Assembly (NCBI RefSeq): GCF_018350175.1
Contig: NC_058381.1
Span: 21,638,001-21,702,000 of the forward strand
Source: Felis catus
Lineage: Eukaryota
Length of the DNA stretch: 64,000 nt
Direction: 5' to 3'
Positions 23,596-35,475 of this stretch are shown here, piece after piece. How positions within the stretch are numbered: the stretch's first letter is position 1; every line of letters starts with the position of its first letter. Made by a program: the position numbers and the translations under genes. The notes under the pieces are model-generated. The model was not told the origin of the DNA, ran no database searches, and saw only the letters and a list, made by a program, of their open reading frames with translations.

Positions 23596-24556
23596 AAGGG
23601 TAGGACAAGGAAATTCTTTCCGGAGGACGTGATCCTGAGAGTTCGAAAAATGTGAACGTGAGTTTCCAGTTGGGTGAAGAGGCAGGAGCGTGGGCAGAGG
23701 AGATCGCAGGGACAGAAGGCAGCTGGGGCACAGGCACACAGAGGGGACACTCAGGGAGCTGAGCCGTGCAGCGTTACTGAGGTCGGCGTGGAGCCGACAA
23801 CTGTGGTGAGCGGGCTCCCTCATCATTAACCTCCCTGGGCCTCTGTTTCCTCATCTGGAAAATAGTGGAGGATAATCTCGATCCTGAGTACTGTGGGTGG
23901 CATCTTCCTCGAAGCAGGGAGCACCAAGAGATGATGTCCTGGGGACTCCACTTTGCCTGCTGTCCTGCCCTCTGATGTCCCATCTGGAGATACCCAGGAC
24001 TGCTCAGATTCTGAATCAGTCTTTTATTTTATTTTAATTTTAAAAATATATTCACTTACTCATTTTTTTTTCTATGCCAGCCTCCTCTGACACCTTAGCC
24101 ACTTCCTCTACCCTATTAGTGAAGAGCTAAGACCCCCCCCCCCAACTCCCAGGATCCAGTGCCTGGCTCACAGCCGCTAAGGGCCTGAGTTTCTTGCCTT
24201 CTGATCAGACTCGGGAGCAAGACCCTCTGGGTGACCTCCGGCTCCAAGCTGTGGCCTCCCTCACAGTCCCCTCCCTGCACTGGCTTTACCTGACTGCCGG
24301 GGCCACCTCTCAGCCCGGTCCTCAATACCTGGAGGCCACTGGGGTCCTCGATCTGCACAACTGCCCTCCTCTATGTCCAGCCCCTCGGACAGTGTGCAAG
24401 TTTAGAGCCAAATGAACTAGCGGGCAAAGGGAACCCAGTGGTGGCTGCCATAGGGGGACGTGCCTGGACTGGTGTGGTTTCACAGCAGAAGAGAAGCACT
24501 CTTCCCAGCTGACCCATGCACACACCTCTGGGAGCTACTACCTAAAACTTGCCCTC

Positions 24557-24773
24557 CAGGCACCTGGGTGGCTCAGTCGGTTGAGCGTCCGTCCGACTTT
24601 GGCAAAGGTCATGATCTCACGGTTTGTGAGTTCAAGCCCCGCGTCAGGCTCTGGGCTGACAGCTCGGAGCCTGGAGCCTGCTTCGGATTCTGTGACTCCC
24701 TCTCTCTCTGCCCCTCCCCACTTGTGCTCTGTCTCTCTGTCTCTCGAAAATAAATAAATATAATAAAAAAAAA
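24557..24773 (+). mobile_element. Can-SINE
   Basis: full element; TSD AAAACTTGCCCTC (24544-24556 / 24774-24786). Confidence 0.96.
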
Positions 24774-25609
24774 AAAACTTGCCCTCAGGTGGAATGGTGA
24801 CGGAGGCTTTGCTAGAAGCAGCCTTTGAGGGAGGGAGGAAGGGGTCAGAGGGCTTGGATGTAAAAAGGGCCGAGTGCAAGGTCTCTCTCTTTGTGTGCAA
24901 GTATGTTTATGGATCCCTGGTGCACACAGACCTCACGAGCTGCCCTGAGTATGGTGCACCCAAATACTGAAGACTGAATACCCCAGAAGTTTACGTAACA
25001 CAGCAGGGGACCCAGCCCTAAAGCCAGTGTTTACCAGGTTTACCTTGAGGAAGAAATGGCAGCCACAGGCCACAGCAGGAAGCTGCCCGGACTTCCGTGT
25101 GTGTAAATACTAAAGAGCAGATGGGTGTTCTGTCCCTCTCGTTCCCGCATGCACGCAGACATCACTAACAGATCACAGCACACATTGTTGCTGACTCTAA
25201 ACCGGGTCTCGGAATTCCTCTCCATAAAGCGAGCAATTCATTTTCTCTCATGCATTCAGGAGCTGAGTCCCCTTCTGCTGATCTCACGCTCCCGGGGGGC
25301 TGGGGGGCCATGTAGGCAAGGACTTTAGATTTATCTTTTTCCAGCACAGACATTAACCTTCTGCTCTTTAATTTTCGCAGGTGAGCAAAATCTATGCATT
25401 TGGGGAAAAAAATCACTCATAGAATCTGGGTTATGAGATATTATTTAAGCTCATTCATAGTTCATTAGGAGGCAGTTTATGGGGCAAAAGGTTACAAAAA
25501 TGCTTGGCAGTGGGCCAGAGTCTTAGGATGCTTCTGGCGAGGGGCTCTCTTGACATCTCGGGATCTGGAGGAGACTGTTGTGGGGAGGCCAGGAAGTCCC
25601 ATTCTGTCC

Positions 25610-25779
25610 CAGTGCTTCCCAAACTTTGCTGCAGTTGGGGGAACTATGAAAAATCCCAAGGCCCAGGTTGGACGCCATACCAATGACGTTAGAATGTTTG
25701 GGGGGTGGGTGCCAGGAACCAGTAGTTTGTGAAGATTCCAGCTCATTCCAATATGCGGCCCAAGTGGGGAGCCACTGGT
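25610..25779. mobile_element. MER5-family MITE
   Basis: termini CAGTGCTTCCCAAAC ... GGGAGCCACTG, with internal similarity to MER5A. Confidence 0.7.
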
Positions 25780-27553
25780 CTGGGCACAACACGCTTTAGA
25801 GCTGCCCATCTCCCTTCTCTTTGAAGAAGTCATCAGAGCTCACGGGGTCTGACAACAGTTCCATGAGACCATCTGACCCTGAGACAGACCAGGGACTCAG
25901 CCACAGAGAAGCAAAGTGGGTTAGGTTCAAAGGATGTGGGTTAGTTGGCCACACCTGGGATCTTTCCTTTCCGGGCAGGAGATGCTGCTCCAATGGTATA
26001 TAACAAAACAGGAGAAAGATGATGTTTTCATGTTGAAATTAATATGAGGGCGCACACTGAAGGATTAGCATGTGGCTCCTTAAACAGCAGTCCCATCTTG
26101 GAAGGACAATTTTCAAAGCAAATTATACACACACCTCCCCCAGTACAACAACTAAGGCTACCAAAAAATGTTCCCCTTTTTGACTGAGTTTTCAAAGGCC
26201 AATGATTCTCCTGTCCCACTGGCTGTCCTGCCCCAGCCTGAGGACCAGCCCCTGCAGCAGGAGCCCCTTCCCAGGAAGGCGCCGATGTTGGAAGGTGTGT
26301 AAATTGCACCGGCCTTTATGAAAGGGAATAAACGCAGGGAACACCATTTTCTCAGGCCGGGTCACAAGCTTCAGTGGCTCACGTAACGAGATTATTCCAA
26401 CCTGGAGGCCAATTGGAAAACCAATTACCAGCCATTAAAGTCCCATTGCCCGCCTGCCCCCCCCCCCCCACCGCCCCTCTCGTGTATCTATCACCCTGGC
26501 CCTCCTCTTCCATCTGTGTGTAGCCATGAGAACAGGGGCCTGGATCCAGGCAGACTGCGAGGGCACCCAAGAAAGTAGCTCAGTGAAAATCTGAGCAAAC
26601 AACTCCTAGGGAGGAGAGAAGTCACACTCATCGCACCCCTGCGTGTGCCAGGCCCCGTGTGAAACGTTTTTGCAGGCAGAGTCTCATAGCTACTAGTTCG
26701 TCCCTATCGGTCATTAGCCCACAGATGCTAAAGACTTGGTGTGCGTGTTGTTTCCTGCCTCTTGCAGACATCATTAGTCGATCACGGCGCGTGTTCGTGC
26801 TGAACCTGAACTGGGTCCTGGAATTTCCCGTAAGGCAGGGAGGGAGCTGGCATCCGCTTCAGAACCCTGAGGCTGGGTCTGCTGAACTCACCTTCCCAAG
26901 GGGATCCCCACTTTACTTATGAAAAAGCCACTCGCCTAAGGCTGCCTTGCAGGGAAGAGGCAGAGTTGGAGCTCCAGCCTGGACTCCTAATATCAGTTTC
27001 TCCCAGGCCCGGTGTTCCTGGCGTCATGCTTTCCCTCACCTCCATGCCCCTGGACGTGTCCCTCTGCCAGCCTGGCTAATTCCTGCTCTTTCTCCACATG
27101 ACACCTGCGTGAAGGTGCCATCACTGCCCCCCTCCGACCCCTGAGAGTTGGGGGGTCGTCTTGTACCACCCTGGATGTCTCACAGAAAGCCCTTTATGGT
27201 AAGGTGTTTCTTATTTGTGTCACAGGATGCTACCGTGGACCTTTTACAGATGGGATTTTGCTCCAAGCATTTAGCATTACTCCTGCCTTCTTGCTCTCCC
27301 ACCGAGGGATCAGCAGGGAGCAGCGCATCATTTACTGACATCCCTGGAGGTAGGGATACCGTGCAATTGAGTCAACGGTCAACTTCACCACACACTCTTG
27401 AAATCAACGAGACAACAGCGTTGAAGGAAAAGGCCCTCAGAGTGTCGAGAGTCACGTCCAGGCTTCAACGACAGACAAGGAAGCTCTGTGAGGGTCATTC
27501 TCTCCCTACCTGTCCATGAACTGGAGAAGGAGACTCAGAAGCACGGCCAGAGA

Positions 27554-27773
27554 GGGGCGCCGGGGTGGCTCAGTCGGTTAAGCATCCAGCTTTGGCTCAG
27601 GTCATGATCTCATGGTTCATGAGTTCGAGCCCTGCATAGGGCTCTCTGCTGTCAGCATGGATCCCACTTCAGATCCTTGGCCTACCCCCCACCCCCCACC
27701 CAATCTCTGCCCCTCCCCTGCTCTTTCTGTCTCTGTCTCTCTCTCTCAAAAATAAATAAACATTAAAAAACAA
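27554..27773 (+). mobile_element. Can-SINE
   Basis: full element; TSD AGAAGCACGGCCAGAGA / AGAAGCACAGCAAGAGA. Confidence 0.95.
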
Positions 27774-28251
27774 AGAAGCACAGCAAGAGAATAAGATGCT
27801 GGTGAGCATTCTGGGGAGGCCAGTGGGAACCTACGTTTGCTTTCACAGGGGTGAGGGTTGCTTGGGAAAGCGGGCAAAATCCTTGGTTTCTTCCACATTG
27901 CTTCTGGGCAGGAAAAGAGGAGGAAAAAAAATAGATCCTGGGCAGGGAGGACCTGACCAGACTTCTGAAGCCCCGAGCAGTCTCAGGAGAGCATCAGGAA
28001 TCCTTTGTGGCCCCAGGAGGTATGTGACAAAACTGAGAAAGAGCCCTTCCTTAGGATAGTGGTGACATTTCCCAGCATAGAAGGAATTCTGTTTCATCAA
28101 AGGAAGAGTCAGCCTGAGCCACTGAGCTGTGAACTCTGTCTTAGCAAAGGGGTGACATCCATTGCCCAAAGGTGGCCCTCCAGCCCCACTCTCCCACAAA
28201 GCACAGCCCCCCAGAATGCCAACATGAAGGCCAAGGTTTTGTTTTTGCTTT

Positions 28252-28476
28252 TGTTTTGTTTTTACTTTTTTTAATGTTTATTTTATCTGTGAGGGAGAGA
28301 GAGACAGAGCACGAGCAGGTGAGGGGTAAAGAGAGAGGGAGACACAGACTCTGAAGCAGGATCCAGGCTCCGAGCTGTCAGCACACCGCCCGATGCGGGG
28401 CTGGAACCCATGAATCGTGAGATCGTGACTTGGGCCGAAGTCAGATGCCCAGCCGACTGAGCCACCCAGGCGCCCC
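28252..28476 (-). mobile_element. Can-SINE
   Basis: full element on the minus strand with TGTTTTTG flanks. Confidence 0.95.
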
Positions 28477-29057
28477 TGTTTTTGTTTTTAAAAGGGAGTG
28501 TCCTCTTTGCTAGTGAGAAGGCGGTGGGGATAGGAGACAACTTAACACTTTGTTGGCACACCTCCCACGTTGGGTTTTCAAGAGTAGTCATTGCCTAGGA
28601 ACAGCTGCTCTCTCTATGACCACAATGCCTGTGAACTCACTGGCTGCCCAAGGCCGGCAGGTGGGAGAGCACAGCAGAGGGAGAAGGGTGGCGGTCTCTG
28701 TGGGGACATTCTCTCGGCCTGCCCCCCACTCTCCTAATTCTAACCTCTCCTCTGGCTCAGAGGTGGGTGGCCTTGCAGAGCACGCCCATGGGGAATGGCT
28801 GAGGAAGGAAGAGTGGGGGCATGTGCAGAGGAAGTAGAGTTTTCAGCTGAGTCCAGGTTATTCTTTCCTGTACCCAGAGGTAGGAGCTCTGTGGGATGGG
28901 GATTTTACCCCAGGCGCGGCTCTATTCTTTCCTCCAGGAGATACCACCTTTTCAGGCCCTACAACCCCATCACAGGGGGGCTGGGAGATAAAGAAGGAGT
29001 AAACGTGAGCAATAGACCACTTCCCAGCATGCAAGACTAAAGTGACACTTTATGCAA

Positions 29058-29060
<3 letters not shown>

Positions 29061-29094
<34 letters not shown>
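29061..29094. repeat. (TG)17 microsatellite
   Basis: direct inspection. Confidence 0.98.
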
Positions 29095-29095
<1 letters not shown>

Positions 29096-29709
29096 AAAGA
29101 GGCAGAGGTCCAAAACACCCAATCTGGGGTTTGAGTTCTTAGGGTTCTTAAGCAATTGTGAGCCAGCCATGCATCATTACAAGGAGTATCTAATTTATTG
29201 ATTGAATCCACATAAATGTCAGTTAACAATGTTGCCATAAAATTATGTCCCTATAAAAGACCCGGAAGGGTTCTCTTGTGGGAATAAGGGCAGAGCAGTA
29301 CTCCTGCACTGGACAAGCAAGCTGGGAGGGGGTTAACGAATTCTACAACCTGCTGACTCAGCCAAGGTAGATGGGAACACATGGGCTCCTTTTGCTGGTC
29401 TAGCGGGATTCTGTCTGGGGGTGGCCCCTGTGTGTAGGTATGTGTGTGCATAATCACCCACGACCTGTGTGTGTGCCCGTATGGAAATCCATGGGGATCC
29501 ATAAACAGGCACGTGTGTACGTGCATTATACAACACGAATCTGGTCTATGTTTTGGGGTACTGATGCAAATGTTTACCCTGAGTTCCTACACAGCAGTCT
29601 GTAGCCTTTCCATCTATGGACCCCGATGACTACCACGCGGATGTGTCCTAAGTGTCAATCAAAATGAAAAAGAAGCACATGCGTGTCTGTGAGTCTCTGA
29701 GATGAGCCT

Positions 29710-29829
29710 TGTTGGGGTGGGACAGATTAAGAATTGGATAGAGGTCCATGCGTGGGCCAGCATGGGGGGAGGTGACAGATTAGGAGTTGGATAGAGGGCC
29801 GTGTGTGGGCCAGTGTTGGGGGCTGACAG
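29710..29829. repeat. degenerate ~52-bp tandem repeat, about 2.3 copies
   Basis: GACAGATTA.GA.TTGGATAGAGG.CC.TG.GTGGGCCAG occurs twice, followed by a partial third unit. Confidence 0.85.
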
Positions 29830-30629
29830 CACAGGTGTGCTGTAGGCAAGTGTGTTTCTCAGGGAAAGTTCTTGCAGGGCTCTGACTTGACTATGTTCCT
29901 CAAAGACAGAGCCACCTCAGGCCCCTAAATTTCCCAGTTCTCCACAGTGGGGTCCAAAGAGGCCCTCCCAGCGCTCGCAGACTTTCTCCCTACCCAGCTC
30001 CCAGGCTTCTCCAGGAACCTGGCCAAGGCAGAGGCATGAAGTGGAGCTTCAGATTCAGGGGCATGCACTCTCCTGCCGAGTCCAGTCTGGGGTATGGTCC
30101 CCGCACGCTGCCACCAGGCAGGAGGTCATTCCTTGAGTTTTGACCCTCCAGCGTCGTCCATGAAAGTCCTGGATTGTGATCCCTCAGCCCAAACAGGTTC
30201 TGGCTTACCCAGCCATATGTCCTTTCTCCTTGTAGTTCTGTTCCGGAAGAGGTCTGGACTCCACCGCTTTTCTCTGGAAAATCTGAATTTCTCTGACCCA
30301 CCTGTCATCCCTTGGATGACCTCGGTCACAGCTGCCCAGAAAGCTTCCGTCCCCAGGCCCGATGGCACTGCCCTGTTCACCTGATGACACTGATGTCAAG
30401 TTAATTTTCATCCCTTCGCAATGACTTGCTGCCAGCTCATTACCACTTCCTGAATTAATTGATTTGTCATGGTTTCCTCTCTTTCCTCTCCTTGCTCTCT
30501 AGGTCCCTAGAGAGAGAGAGACACCAGAGCTGGACTTACTCTTGGCATACAGCTGTTCCAACACTCTCATTTACAGACACGGAAACCAAGGCCCAGAAAG
30601 GGGAAGTAACATGGGTCTACTGAATAATT

Positions 30630-30910
30630 AATTTCACAGAAATTGTATTGAGTGCTTACCATGTGCCACATCCAGGGGTAGGCTCACAGTCTCCGGGAAG
30701 GATAGACACGTAGGTGGGCCATTATAATGGAGCCTGGTGGATGTTATTACATTGAGAAGCACGGGCGTGTGGGAACAGAGAGGAGGGGCTCCTACCCAGA
30801 TGGAGGGGATGAAGGAAGGCTTTCCGAGCAGGTGACACGTGAGTTATTTCCTGCATAGAAGCTCACCAGGTGAGGGGGTTGGGGGAGTTTGGGCAGATGG
30901 AGAAGCTTCT
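30630..30910 (-). mobile_element. L2 3' region
   Basis: TATTGAGTGCTTACCATGTGCCA...AAGGAAGGCTTTCCGAGCAGGTGACA.GTGAG. Confidence 0.7.
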
Positions 30911-31561
30911 AATCTAATGCACTGCTATGGGCTCCTTTCCAGGGCACCTGCTTCTCATTCTTAACATCCCGAAAAGGAAGAGGTGCAGAAGCGTGGAGGG
31001 AAAAAGGAGGCAGATAATACAAGCATGAATGTATGAATGAATGCATGAATAAGTCAATGAATGCAAGCCACATGATCAGTGCCCCTCACGGGCTGGTGTA
31101 TCGTGTATGCTTGCTCATTTCATCCTGACCACATTAGTGTCCTTCTCATGTGACTTCTCAAGTAACTGCAGGTCGGGGAGAGTGAGGAATGGGTCACATC
31201 ATGAAGAGAGAGGGAAGCAGAGTTCCAACCCAGCTCTGCCCGGCTCTGCAGCTGGGTCCTCCCCTCCGTCCTGCCAACCTAGTTCAGACGGCAGATGAGA
31301 AACGCCGAAAGGTAAGGCTCTGTCCACTCCGTATTGCAAGGGAGGGTGGGCCTGGCCCCTGGCCACCGCTCTGGCGAGGGGAAGGGTCTCCCTCGGGCAG
31401 CAGAGACAGCACCGTCCCACCTGCCTGAACCCACCTGCGTGGATCAAATGGGGTCTCTGCCCGTCAGCATGCTAATGGGGCCTTTACCAGTTCCCGAATC
31501 TGTTGAATCTTCTTCTTCACGGGAGCCAAGTGAAGTTTGATTTTTAACCTCGCAGAGTCAT

Positions 31562-31777
31562 AACATTTATTTTTTAAATGTTTATTTATTTTTGAGACAG
31601 AGAGACAGAGCATGAATGGAGGAGGGTCAGAGAGAGAGGGAGACACAGACTCTGAAGCAGGCTCCAGGCTCTGAGATGCCAACACAGAGCCCGACGCGGG
31701 GCTCGAACTCACGGACCGCAAGATCATGACCTGAGCCAAAGTCGGACGCTCAATCGATGGAGCGACCCAGGCGCTTC
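31562..31777 (-). mobile_element. Can-SINE
   Basis: perfect 16-bp TSD AACCTCGCAGAGTCAT (31546-31561 / 31778-31793). Confidence 0.97.
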
Positions 31778-31924
31778 AACCTCGCAGAGTCATGAAACAA
31801 ACCGGTGACTGGGGCTAATGCCCAAGCCCTGTCTCTTTCCGGGCTCCACAGCCAGCCTGCCCCCAGGGCAGGCTCGGCTGAACTGACCCTGACCTACAGA
31901 CTCATGCCACCCTATCCCCGAGCG

Positions 31925-32078
31925 GCAGGCAGTGCACAGCGTGTGGTGCGCCCCGGAATCACCTCAGGGATCCTCGATGATGCTGATGCCCGGGTACCCC
32001 CCGGAGGGGCTGATGTCCACTGAGATGCTTAGAAAGCCTCCACGTGACGTGAGCGGCCTGGGCTGAGAACCACTGGCC
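31925..32078. mobile_element. MER5-family MITE
   Basis: GAATCACCT...GCTGATGCCCGGG...GGGCTGAGAACCACTG. Confidence 0.55.
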
Positions 32079-32489
32079 CAGGGAGCATCCTTACCTGGGA
32101 CAGGGACTTAAATAGCCTTATGCTCTGAAACAAGCTTTTGATGCTGGCCCACCCTGACCTGCGCTCTGTTTCCTTCTGTTTCGGGATCCTTCTCCTGGCC
32201 CAGACTCTCTAGGGCTGACGCCTGTCTCGTCCCCGTCATGCTCGTGTCCTCCGCATACAGATAGATGGGCTGAGTCCTGGGTAGCCAATCTGCTCACAGA
32301 CCTTACTGGTGCTGTCGTCTGCTGAGTCCTGGAGCCCCACCTATCAAGACATCCCCTACTATCTTGGGAGCAAGCATCCCGAAAGGGACCCAGTGCTTAG
32401 AAGCCTTGGTTCAAATTCTAGCTTGGCTACTCACTAGTTGTGTACCCTCCCTGATAGCTGGTTTTCTGGCCCATCACAAATGGTTGCTA

Positions 32490-33260
32490 CAGTGACTCAT
32501 TTCTTTGCAATAAACTAACCCAAAACCTAGCACAAAAGCAGCATTTCTCTGGCTCAAGAAGCCACAATTTGGGCAGGGGTCAGCAGGGACAGCTAGTCTC
32601 TGGGGCCAGCGTCACCTGGGGGCAGCTTCAAAGCTGGAACTGGAGTCCCCTGAAGCCTCTTTTAACTGCACGTGGCACCTGGGCTGAGAAGACTCAAACA
32701 GCCAGGGCCAGGCCCCGGGGCTCCCCAGGCATCTCTGTCTCTGTGTGTCTCCCCATGTGGCCTCAGGGTGACCAAACGTTCTACCTGTGGGCTCAGAGCT
32801 CCCGTGGCTCGTGTCGGAGACAGAGCGAGGTGAAACTGCATCTTTCATGACCCAGCCTCAGAAATCACACAGTGTCACCTTCCACTGTATTCTCTTCACC
32901 AAAGCCGTCTCACGGGTACCTCAGGATTCAAGGGGTGAAGAAACAGAGTCTTCCTCAAGATGGGGCGGTGGCGGGGCGCCTGGGTGGCACAGTCGGTTAA
33001 GCGTCCGACTTCAGCCAGGTCACGATCTCGCGGTCCGTGAGTTCGAGCCCCGCGTCAGGCTCTGGGCTGATGGCTCGGAGCCTGGAGCCTGTTTCCGATT
33101 CTGTGTCTCCCTCTCTCTCTGCCCCTCCCCTGTTCATGCTCTGTCTCTCTCTGTCCCAAAAATAAATAAAAACGTTGAAAGAAAAAAAAAAGATGGGGCG
33201 GTGGCATAGCAAGGTTTAGGGAGAGCAGGTGAGATTGGAAAGTATTCTTATAGCCACTTT
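32490..33260 (-). mobile_element. MaLR solo LTR (MLT1 family), interrupted by a young SINE
   Basis: CCCAAAACCTAG...AATTTGGGCAGGG..CAGCAGGGACAGCT...TGACCCAGCCTCAGAAATCACACAGTGTCACCTTCCACTGTATTCT. Confidence 0.75.
32973..33189 (+). mobile_element. young feline SINE (SINEC_Fc-like)
   Basis: CpG-rich, with diagnostic CAGCCAGGTCACG, CTGGGCTGATGGC, GTTTCCG and AAACGTTG; perfect 16-bp TSD AAGATGGGGCGGTGGC (32957-32972 / 33190-33205). Confidence 0.98.
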
Positions 33261-33535
33261 GGGCAAAGACACCTTCCCTAAAGGCGATCCTACTACTCTA
33301 CCGTAAAATAGACTTCGTTTATTAAAAAGTACAGCATAAACCCTTCACCTAAACTAAATAGCATTTATCAGTAACAAACCCTTCGAATACATCTCCCTTA
33401 AGCCTCACAGCGTCTCACAGTAGGTATTTGGTCATTTTACAGAAGGGAGAAGTGGGGTACAGGGGGGTGAAGGGGCCAGCCCAGCCACCCACAGTGAGTG
33501 ACAGGCCTGGATCTGAAGACTGTGTGGTTTCAGAG

Positions 33536-33778
33536 CAATGGTTCTCCGCCAGGGGTGATTTGGACCCCCAGGAGACATCTGACAATTTCTGGAGACATGT
33601 TTTGTTGTCACAATCTGGGATGAGGGGGCTGCTCCTGGCATCTAGTGGAGAGAGACCAGGGATGTTGCTAAACATCCTACAAGCCACAGGCAGTGCCTCC
33701 CCCACCGCCCCACCCCACCCCCCAAATAAGGAATTACCCAGTCTAAATGTCACCAGTGCCGAGAATGAGAAACCAGGC
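33536..33778. mobile_element. MER20 hAT-Charlie MITE, adjoining a MIR fragment
   Basis: GGTTCTC...GGGGTGATTT..ACCCCCAGGAGACAT.TG.CAAT.TCTGGAGACAT..TTGTCACAA...CTGGCATCTAGTGG..AGAG.CCAGGGATG.TGCTAAACATCCTACAA. Confidence 0.92.
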
Positions 33779-33949
33779 TCTAGAGACGAGATTCTAATCA
33801 CTACATTATAGGCATTTCTTAGTTGTTTCCTCTGTTCTAATTTCCTCTACCAGCTTCTTTCCCACCCAGCCCTTGGCTGGATCCGTTCCACGGGGTTTGG
33901 GATTATTTACAGCACCTACAATGTGGCATGTCTGTCAAGCCCCTGTTCT

Positions 33950-34183
33950 GTTTTTTTATTATTTATTTATTTATTTTTAACATTTATTCATTTTTGAGAG
34001 ACAGAGAGAGACAGAGTTTGAGCGGGGAAGAGGCAGAGAGAGAGGGAGACACAGAATCGGAAGCAGGCTCCAGGCTCTGAGCCGTCAGCCCAGAGCCCGA
34101 TGCGGGGCTCGAACTCACAGACCGCGAGATCATGACCTGAGCCGAAGTCGGATGCTCAACCGACTGAGCCACCCAGGCGCCCC
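33950..34183 (-). mobile_element. Can-SINE inserted in or next to the tail of the adjacent SINE
   Basis: complete element directly abutting the tail of the SINE at 34184. Confidence 0.95.
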
Positions 34184-34351
34184 ATGTTTATTTATTTTTG
34201 AGAGAGAGAGAGAGAGAGAGAGAGAATCTGAAGCAGGTTCCAGGCTCCAAGCTGTCAGCACAGAGCCCGACGCAGGGCTCGAACTCACGAACCATGAGAT
34301 GGTGACCTGAGCCGAAGCGTGATGCTCAACCGACTGAGCCACCAGGTGCCC
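34184..34351 (-). mobile_element. Can-SINE with a shortened CT region
   Basis: SINE head at about 34351; the outer flanks of the pair share TCAAGCCCC (33935-33943 / 34353-34361). Confidence 0.93.
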
Positions 34352-35099
34352 ATCAAGCCCCCCACTTTCGCTCGTGGGAGTTGTATTCAGGGCCAGGGGG
34401 TGGGTAGTCTCAGGCTGACTCACCCTGCGGGGTCTACGGTCTGGTCCCAGCTGCGCCATGAGACACAGCTGGCCTGCTGGGAGCCTGTTAGGTCAGGAGT
34501 CAGATGCAATTGAAGAAAAGGGCAGGGGAATGCTGTTTGAGGCCTGCAGCCTAAGTGTTACCACCCCTTCCCCAGGTGCTTCTCCTGCAGGGAGAGGCGG
34601 GGAGGAGGCTTCCAGCTCCAGGAAGGAAGCGGGTATTCTTCTGATTTGCATTGACGTTCCTACAATGTAGTCAGCAGTCAGATATTTTAAAAGCACTACA
34701 AGTTAACCTTTAGCTTAAAGGTCTGCTTTTGTTGCCCTCTCCTCCCCTCTCAACTGCTTGCGGGCACGCTGCCTAATGAGCCCAGCTCAGACCATTAGAG
34801 GCTGGGCAGATGCTGGGTGCAGCATGAGGCCGCCCTCTGAAGCCTTTTAGGAAGAGCTAGCAAACTGACAACGGGAGAGGAGATCCATTCATTGCAAGAC
34901 AATAACTGCCCTCGTGCTCTTGACAGAGAACTCCATTAATTCTGGATGTGGTCAAGGCCTGGTGCGCCAAGGGCACCCTCTGGAATTACGTCTTCTAATG
35001 TGGCCACGATCCTGACAGGTGGCCTAAGTGCAAGATCAGGCCATCACTGAGGTTGGGAAATTCTAATGGGAGGACTGTGGCCTCGGCCATGAAGGGGAA

Positions 35100-35270
35100 G
35101 CAGGGTTGCAACACAGCGTCAGTGGGGAGTCAAACAAACTTGATTCTGAATCCTGGTCCTGACGCTTACATGCTGAGGGATGTTGGGCAAATCACTTGAT
35201 CTTTCTAAGTAACAAAGAGCATCAGATACAATGACACAGAGTAGAAACTCGGTGTATACACATTGCTACC
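35100..35270 (+). mobile_element. MIR fragment
   Basis: GGAGTCAAACAAACTTGATTCTGAATCCTGG...TTGGGCAAATCACTT. Confidence 0.65.
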
Positions 35271-35475
35271 ATTCTTAATCCAGTTCTGCAGAAGTTGCAA
35301 GTCTGATCTGGAACACAGAACTACTGGCGTTCCTCGGGTCAGGACTGGGACATCTGTATGTCGCCTGAGGCTCAGGGCCCCTGCCTCTGAAGGTCTTTTG
35401 CTGGCTACTCTCCAAAGACTGCAAATCTGAGATCCCCCTGGAGGTTACAGTCAGCTAATGAGGCAATAATATAGA

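Noticed and set aside
33984-34172. Recurrent 'MAQSV..LTSAQVMISRFVSSSP' peptides, also at 47550, 48230, 48693, 57951 and elsewhere
   Set aside because: These are translations of Can-SINE bodies, not a gene family
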